Positions 26,250 to 32,412 of a stretch of DNA of 32,412 nt are shown one piece after another. The notes below the pieces were generated by a model that was given only the letters and a program-made list of their open reading frames with translations, was not told the DNA's origin and did no database searches. Origin of the DNA: Hormoscilla sp. (GTDB lineage Bacteria > Cyanobacteriota > Cyanobacteriia > Cyanobacteriales > Desertifilaceae); the NCBI GenBank assembly GCA_051439505.1, contig JBFRWI010000048.1:1-32412 (forward strand), read 5' to 3'. Numbering within the stretch: position 1 is the stretch's first letter; each line of letters starts with the position of its first letter. Made by a program: the position numbers and the translations under genes.

Positions 26250-29200
26250 CTACAATCCCAGAGTTTCAGTTTCTGGCAATACGGTCACGGTTACTAGAGC
26301 TGTGGAAGTAGCATTAGCACCGAATGGACCGAAGAAGCCATCACTGATATTGTAGCTGAAGCTGTCCGTGCCTGTAAAGCCAGGGGCTGGGATGTAAATC
26401 AGACTATCGCTGATGGCAGGGTCAAATGGACGACTGTCGTTATTGTCCAGGATGACTTGTCCGCCATTAGCTGTGGTAGTCTCAAACCCAGTAATGACAA
26501 GGCGTGAGAAGAGATCTCCGGGTTCAGAACCGACACCAAAGTCGTTGTCCAGTACGGGAATGTTGACCGCCGTGTTGAGTAGAGTTTCTGCACTGTCGTC
26601 CTCGGCACTCGGGGGTTCTGGGGAGATTTGTATTTCCACTAGGGCCCGATCGGTCAAGTTGCTGTCAGGATCCCGGACAGTGTAGCTGAAACTGTCAAAG
26701 AAGACAAGGAAATCATTCTCGCCCTCGGCAGGTGGAGTATAGATCAGTTCGTCCCCGTCCCGGGCGATCGTCCCCCCATAAAATGTCGTCTCCTCAAAGC
26801 TGTCCAATGCTAGGTTCCCTTCGCCATCAAAGTCGTTGTCCAACACGGGGATGGTGACTGGTTCATTCCCCGAGGTATTGACAAAGTCATTGACAGCAGC
26901 AAACCCTGCTTCTGGTAGCGGATCCACTGTTACTGAAACGAAACCTATCGTCGTATTGTCCTCGGCATCGCTAATAGAGTAGCTGAATTCGTCATACCCG
27001 GTGAAACCTTCAGCAGGGGTGTAAATGAGACTGTCATCGGTTAGGTCATCTGTGCCTTTGTCGTCCCGGGCGATCGCACCTTCAGCAAACTCTGTGGTTG
27101 TCTCAAAGTCGATCAGTTCCACTGGAGAATTATCGACAGTAAAGTCATTGGCCAGGACATCGATGTTAATGGGAAGGTCGGCAAAGGTATAAGCATCATC
27201 AAAATTAGCGAAGGTGGTTAGTATCGGCGCGATACTTACAGATGCAACCCCCGTGTCGGTACTGCCATCGGCATTAGCAATAGTATAGCTGAAGCTGTCA
27301 GAGCCAAAGAACTCGCTATCGAACTCACCCGGTTCGTACACCAGGAAGTCATCGGTCTGGTCGGAGGGGGTGTTGTTCTCAAACCGAGTGACAATACCGC
27401 CATTCTCTGTTTCCCGTTCAAAGGAGATCAGTTCTAATGGTTCATCGTCGATCTCAAAGTCGTTGTCCAACACGCCAACTTTCACGGGTAAACCAGCTAC
27501 GGTTTGGACGAAGTCATCCACAGTCGCAAAGCCTGCTGGTGCTGGTAAAATGTTGACGGAAACTTCTCCCACATCTGTCAACCCCGATGAGTCTGTGATG
27601 GTGTAGTTGAAGTCGTCAAAACCCGTGAAACCAGTTGCAGGTTCATATACTAATAGGTCATCGGTCTGGTCTGAGGGAGTCCCGTTATCCTCCAGACTGA
27701 CTGTTCCTCCAAATGTTGATGTCCCTTCAAGGTCGGTCAGGAAAATGCTGTCCCGATCGAAGTCAAAGGCACTTGACAATACATCAATGGTTACAGGGGC
27801 ATTTTCAAAGGTCTCCCCGAAGGCAAACCCAGCAAAAGGCGGGCTAGGTGCTACCGTTACCCGTACTGTAGCCGTGTCCGTAACCCCATCTGGGTTGCTG
27901 ATGCTGTAGGTAAAACTGTCTGTCCCCGTGAAGCCATCCGCTGGACTGTACAGCAGGTACCCTTGACCGCCTATTGGTGGGAATGGATCTATGATGATAT
28001 CATCTATGGGCTCATCAATTTCTGGGAGGAAGAAACCTTCGAGACTGACTGTACCGCCATTGACTGTGGTTTCGTCAAAGTCTAGGATCTCTAAGGGGTT
28101 GCCATTTACTTCAAAGTCGTTTTCCAGAACGAAGATGCTGGTGGGGTTGTTCTTGATGACTTCGGCATTGTCGTCAGCGGCGAACACTGTACTGTTAGCA
28201 GGTACCACCACTACATTTACTACTGCCGTGCTGCTGGTAGGACTAAAATCATCGATAATGCTGTAAGTGAAGCTGTCCGTTCCCACGAAGTCTGTAGCTG
28301 GGGTGTAGACCAGAAGGTCGTCGGTCAGGTCTTCTGCTGTCCCATTCTCATCGCGAGTGATGGTCCCACCTGCTGCTGTGCTGTCGTCAAAGTCTGTCAG
28401 TTCTGCTGACTGTTGAAAGCTAAAGTCGTTGTCCAGAACGGGGATGTTCGCAGGACTGTTGGCTGTGATAAAGGCGCGATCGTCAGCAGCAAAGACCGTG
28501 GGTAGAAAGGGTGGGGCGATGGTGAAGAAATTTACTACATCTACTACTGCGGTGTCCGTACTGGAACCGTCACTGATGCTGTAGGTGAAGCTGTCCGTGC
28601 TAGAGAATTCCTCACCAGCAGTATAGATCAGAAAGTCATCAGTTAGGTCTTCTGGGGTGTCGTTGTTATTGCGAGTTACGGTCCCGCCCCCTTCTGTGGT
28701 CTCGTCAAAGTCAGTCAGGGCGATCGCATCTCCATTTAAGCTGAAGTCGTTCTCCAGGACAAATATATTGACTTGATTTTCTTCTGGTAAGAAGATGTTA
28801 GTGAAGTCATCTATGGCGACAGCGGACTGACCTTCGGGAAGGACCGTAACAGTGGCAAATGCCGTACTGGTTAAACCCCGATCGTCGCTAATGCTGTAGC
28901 TGAATGCATCCGTACCGATAAACCCATCCGTGGGACTGTAGGTGAGGAAGTCGTCTGTGGGATCTTCTGGAGTACCGTTATCATCCAGGGTGACTGTTCC
29001 GCCTTCGGGTGTCTCTTCAAAGTCTAGGATCTCCCGGCGAATGTCCCGGGGGTCGAACTCGTTTTCCAGAACGAAGATATCCACCGGTTCGTTGAAGAAG
29101 GTGTAGACTTCTTGGTCGAGGATCAGGGGAGGCAGGTCCTGATGGATGCGATCGACTACTATGCTGACAAAGGCTGTATCGGTAATCCCAGAGCCGTCAC

Positions 29201-31271
29201 CAACCCTGTAGCTGAAGCCATCCGTGCCAGTAAAGCCCACTGGTGGAGTATACATCAGAGAACCGTCTTCATCCCGGGTAACAGTTCCGCCATTTTCTGT
29301 AGTCTGGGCAAAATCAATAATTCCCAGACGGTTACCACTTTCGTCGAAGTCGTTATTGAGAGGATCGATGTTGACCGAAATGCCCTGAACAGTTTCCGCG
29401 AAGTCATCGGCGGCGATCGGGGGTGCATTTCCTGCTGGACCGACTTCCACAGTCACGAACCCTGTTGCGGTCTGACCCGATCCATCACCGATACTGTAGC
29501 TGAAGCTGTCCGTACCAAAGAAGCCAAAAGCTGGCAGATAATTCAGAAAGTCATCTGTCAGGTCATTGGGAGTACCGTTATTTTCGAGGGAAACAATACC
29601 GCCATTCCCGGTGACATCCTCAAAGTCGATCAGTTCTACTACGCCATCTGGACCCGAGTCGTTGTCCAGGACAGAGATATTGACGGGAATGTCTGCAAGG
29701 GTAGTGGCGAAGTCATCTTCAGCAATTAGAGGTAAACCAAGTTCTGGGTTTACTATCACCGTTACCGTAGCTGTTTTAATATTCCCCAGGGCGTCGCCAA
29801 TGCTATAGGTGAAGCTGTCTTCTCCAATAAACCCATCTGCCGCAGTATATATCAGCTTGTCATCTGTCAGCCTGGGAGTATCGTTATTGTCCCGAGTGAC
29901 AGTTCCCCCATTCTCTGTCGTCCTCTCAAAGAATATCAGTCCGAAGGAGTCGCCATCTGGGTTAAAGTCATTCTCCAAGACGGCGATCGTCTCACTTTCT
30001 CCTGCTGCAACCGAGGCGCGATCGTCGGTAGCGACAGGTCCTGGTTCGGGTGCTGACTCTACAGTTATATCTACTGTCGCCGTGCTAATGTTTCCCCGTG
30101 CATCGCCAATACTGTAAGTGAAGCTATCGGTTCCTGTGAACCCAGCGGCGGGAGTATATACCAACTTGTCATCCGTCAGTCTGGGAGTATCGTTATTGTC
30201 CCGAGCGATCGTTCCTCCATTCTCTGTCGTCCTCTCAAAAAATATTAGTCCAAAGGCGCGACCTTCTGGGTTAAAGTCATTCTCCAAGACGGCGATCGTC
30301 TCTGACCTGTCTTCCCGTGCGATCGCAGTATCATCGGACGCCACAAGTCCCGTGTCATCTATGGAATTTACCTGCACCGTCACTGAAGCCTCTGCTACAT
30401 TCAAGGCATTACTGATGCTGTAGCTGAAGCTGTCAGTTCCTGTAAATCCCTCTGCTGGTATATACTCTAGTGAGTCATCAAAAGCGTCCGATGGAGTGCC
30501 ATTATCATTCAGAATGACTGTCCCGCCATTTGCTGTCGTCTCCGCAAATGATGCGATCGCGACTTCGGGACCGACACCTATCGTGAAATCATTAGCGAGA
30601 ACATCGATGTCAACAGGAATGTCTTGAGTTGTTTCGGCAAAGTCATCCGTAGCAACGGGGGGTGGTTCTACTGGCAATACCACTTCTACATTCACCGTTG
30701 CTGTCGCCGTAGCCAAGCCATCACTAATAGTATAGATAAAGCTATCCGTGCCGAAGAAGTCAGCAGCCGGCATGTAGGTGAGGAAATCATCGAACGGGTC
30801 ATCGGGAGTATCATTATTGTCGAGGGAAACTGTCCCGCCTGCAATTGTAGTCGCCTCAAAGTCTATAATTGAGAGGATATCACCCTCAAAGTCAAAATCA
30901 TTGTCCAGAACAAATATCGCCGCCGCCGTTCCTGCCATAGTCATGGCAAAGTCATCCAGGGCGATCGGGGGTTCGTTGCCACCACCAATGATAAAATTGT
31001 CCTCACTCAGTTGGTCTGCTGCGACTTCCAACAGTTCGATACTTCCGAAACTGCCAACTAGCAACAAACTATTCGATTGCGATATAATGCTGTCCAGCAA
31101 TTCTTGGGGAGTGACTCCTGCTATCGCACTAACATCGATCCGATCGGACGCGGGGTCAAAGTTAAACACCCTATCTTGGCTGCGATCGCCCGCTGCTATC
31201 ACTATAGTATCGGCTTCATCCGTTAACATTATTACATCATCGAAGCCCGGTAAAAGTTGAAAAGTTGCCAC
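26250..31271 (-). CDS. Large acidic surface protein / adhesin with about 15 tandem Ig/cadherin-like repeats
   Basis: Repeats of about 100 aa: AxDD...IxVLxND...GGTV...LxYxP...FxGTDSFTYxI; N-terminal DRVFNFDPASDRIDVS; GTG start with GGAGA upstream. Confidence 0.9.
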   Translation of the reverse strand: MATFQLLPGFDDVIMLTDEADTIVIAAGDRSQDRVFNFDPASDRIDVSAIAGVTPQELLDSIISQSNSLLLVGSFGSIELLEVAADQLSEDNFIIGGGNEPPIALDDFAMTMAGTAAAIFVLDNDFDFEGDILSIIDFEATTIAGGTVSLDNNDTPDDPFDDFLTYMPAADFFGTDSFIYTISDGLATATATVNVEVVLPVEPPPVATDDFAETTQDIPVDIDVLANDFTIGVGPEVAIASFAETTANGGTVILNDNGTPSDAFDDSLEYIPAEGFTGTDSFSYSISNALNVAEASVTVQVNSIDDTGLVASDDTAIAREDRSETIAVLENDFNPEGRAFGLIFFERTTENGGTIARDNNDTPRLTDDKLVYTPAAGFTGTDSFTYSIGDARGNISTATVDITVESAPEPGPVATDDRASVAAGESETIAVLENDFNPDGDSFGLIFFERTTENGGTVTRDNNDTPRLTDDKLIYTAADGFIGEDSFTYSIGDALGNIKTATVTVIVNPELGLPLIAEDDFATTLADIPVNISVLDNDSGPDGVVELIDFEDVTGNGGIVSLENNGTPNDLTDDFLNYLPAFGFFGTDSFSYSIGDGSGQTATGFVTVEVGPAGNAPPIAADDFAETVQGISVNIDPLNNDFDESGNRLGIIDFAQTTENGGTVTRDEDGSLMYTPPVGFTGTDGFSYRVGDGSGITDTAFVSIVVDRIHQDLPPLILDQEVYTFFNEPVDIFVLENEFDPRDIRREILDFEETPEGGTVTLDDNGTPEDPTDDFLTYSPTDGFIGTDAFSYSISDDRGLTSTAFATVTVLPEGQSAVAIDDFTNIFLPEENQVNIFVLENDFSLNGDAIALTDFDETTEGGGTVTRNNNDTPEDLTDDFLIYTAGEEFSSTDSFTYSISDGSSTDTAVVDVVNFFTIAPPFLPTVFAADDRAFITANSPANIPVLDNDFSFQQSAELTDFDDSTAAGGTITRDENGTAEDLTDDLLVYTPATDFVGTDSFTYSIIDDFSPTSSTAVVNVVVVPANSTVFAADDNAEVIKNNPTSIFVLENDFEVNGNPLEILDFDETTVNGGTVSLEGFFLPEIDEPIDDIIIDPFPPIGGQGYLLYSPADGFTGTDSFTYSISNPDGVTDTATVRVTVAPSPPFAGFAFGETFENAPVTIDVLSSAFDFDRDSIFLTDLEGTSTFGGTVSLEDNGTPSDQTDDLLVYEPATGFTGFDDFNYTITDSSGLTDVGEVSVNILPAPAGFATVDDFVQTVAGLPVKVGVLDNDFEIDDEPLELISFERETENGGIVTRFENNTPSDQTDDFLVYEPGEFDSEFFGSDSFSYTIANADGSTDTGVASVSIAPILTTFANFDDAYTFADLPINIDVLANDFTVDNSPVELIDFETTTEFAEGAIARDDKGTDDLTDDSLIYTPAEGFTGYDEFSYSISDAEDNTTIGFVSVTVDPLPEAGFAAVNDFVNTSGNEPVTIPVLDNDFDGEGNLALDSFEETTFYGGTIARDGDELIYTPPAEGENDFLVFFDSFSYTVRDPDSNLTDRALVEIQISPEPPSAEDDSAETLLNTAVNIPVLDNDFGVGSEPGDLFSRLVITGFETTTANGGQVILDNNDSRPFDPAISDSLIYIPAPGFTGTDSFSYNISDGFFGPFGANATSTALVTVTVLPETETLGL

Positions 31272-31496
31272 AATTAATCTCCTGATTATCGAATCGCAAT
31301 TAGCCGCATTTCCAGCAAAGATAAGACTTCATGGCAGATACCAAATGGGGCTCGATCGTTCCGGATGTTCCCGAGATTTTTTCTGCGATCTTCTCTCCTC
31401 AAGACCACCGGCAGTATTATTGACAGCAAAAAGAGTCTTGCGGTTGACAGCTGACAAGATGATGAGAACCCCCCTTACCCAGATGGCCCCCGAGCA

Positions 31497-31571
31497 GCGT
31501 CCGGTGTGTCTGATGCGTCCGTTTAACTCAATTCCCCGCGTCCGGTGCGTCTGGTGTGTCCCCGTGTCCCT
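31497..31571. repeat. Short degenerate 8-9-bp tandem repeats in the divergent intergenic region
   Basis: gcgtccggt gtgtctgat gcgtccgtt ... gcgtccggt gcgtctggt gtgtcccc gtgtccct. Confidence 0.45.
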
Positions 31572-31661
31572 CAACCGCTCGGGCCCCAGAAAGGAAAATT
31601 TAGCTGTTGTCAATGATCCATGGAATGTCATACAATAAGTGACATGCGCTCTGGTTGACAA

Positions 31662-32412
31662 ATGATAGAAGACTCCGAACTCCGAGAATTATACAAAACT
31701 GTTAGCGCCGAGCATTTGGCATTGCTGGAACAGGGTTTGCTGCATTTAGAAAAACATCCCGAAGATACCCAGAGACTAGAAGAGGTATTGCGATCGGCCC
31801 ATACCCTCAAAGGAGACTCCCGGATGCTGGGAGTCTCGGATGTGGAAGCTATAACTCATCAGATAGAGCAGGTCTTAGTTAAACTCTCCGAAGACCAAAA
31901 TGCTCTACAGGGGGGGATGTGCGATCGCCTGTATAGAGCATTAGACGCGCTCTCCAAATTGGTATCGGAAGCAGTCACGGGTTCGCCATCGGGGGTGAAA
32001 ACCTCTGAGCTGTTGGCCCAACTAATGGCACCTACGCAGTCGGAACCTGTAGAACAGTCAAAAAATACACCACAGCAGCAGGTTCATGGCGGCAAGCAGA
32101 GCAATATTTTTATAGAAGATTCCCAACTGCGAGAGGTATACAAAACTTCAACATTAGGACATTTGCAGAAATTAGAAGCGGGTTTATCACATCTAGAAAA
32201 ACATCCCGATGATTCTGAGATCCTAGAAGAGGTATTGCGATCGGCCCATACCCTCAAAGGAGATTCTCGCATGTTGGGAGTCTCGGATGTAGAAAGCATC
32301 GCCCATGAGATGGAGCAGGTTGTGGGGAAACTAAAAGAAGATCAAAATGCTCTACAGGGGGGGATGTGCGATCGCCTGTATCAAGCAGTAGACGCGATCG
32401 GCAAATTAGTAT
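31662..32412 (+). CDS. CheA-like chemosensory kinase, 5' part with two tandem Hpt domains (runs off the window; not in the ORF track)
   Basis: Hand translation MIEDSELRELYK...LEEVLRSAHTLKGDSRMLG; the second copy starts in frame at 32112; no stop codon to the window end. Confidence 0.88.
   Translation, partial: MIEDSELRELYKTVSAEHLALLEQGLLHLEKHPEDTQRLEEVLRSAHTLKGDSRMLGVSDVEAITHQIEQVLVKLSEDQNALQGGMCDRLYRALDALSKLVSEAVTGSPSGVKTSELLAQLMAPTQSEPVEQSKNTPQQQVHGGKQSNIFIEDSQLREVYKTSTLGHLQKLEAGLSHLEKHPDDSEILEEVLRSAHTLKGDSRMLGVSDVESIAHEMEQVVGKLKEDQNALQGGMCDRLYQAVDAIGKLV

Noticed and set aside
26250..26340. PEP-CTERM sorting signal linking the giant protein to the cyanoexosortase
   Set aside because: The ending VLPETETLGL lacks the PEP motif, TM helix and basic tail.
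26399..31260. Many plus-strand and alternate-frame ORFs over the giant gene, and similar ones over other genes
   Set aside because: They are shadow frames of real genes with no independent motifs.

Overview
Chromosomal window from a cyanobacterium. Evidence: frequent HIP1 octamer GCGATCGC and the genes ndhCKJ, rubA-ycf48-psbEFLJ and psbV. Heptamer and REP-like repeats suggest a filamentous, repeat-rich genome. Housekeeping blocks are ndhJKC, a TrpD/YbiB-like gene plus DUF4089, rubA-ycf48-psbEFLJ, cysH, a DegT aminotransferase-cyanoexosortase B-Wza-Wzc exopolysaccharide locus, a rhomboid protease, psbV, accD, pilD, a 1673-aa tandem Ig/cadherin-like surface protein, and the 5' part of a CheA-like kinase with two Hpt domains. 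The accessory region (about 7.9-14.1 kb) is the most interesting. It holds an HTH gene divergent from a triplicated promoter module, then an AT-rich operon of two paralogous single-TM proteins, whose soluble domain resembles the cytoplasmic domain of Kir/KirBac channels, coupled to a RimK-type ATP-grasp ligase. After that come three antitoxin-like genes whose toxins are absent or truncated. Other notable structures: a 150-bp MITE found twice in REP-like hairpins, a four-helix-bundle gene enclosed by inverted heptamer arrays, and modular 22-bp and 84-bp tandem arrays. All protein family calls come from motif recognition, not database searches.
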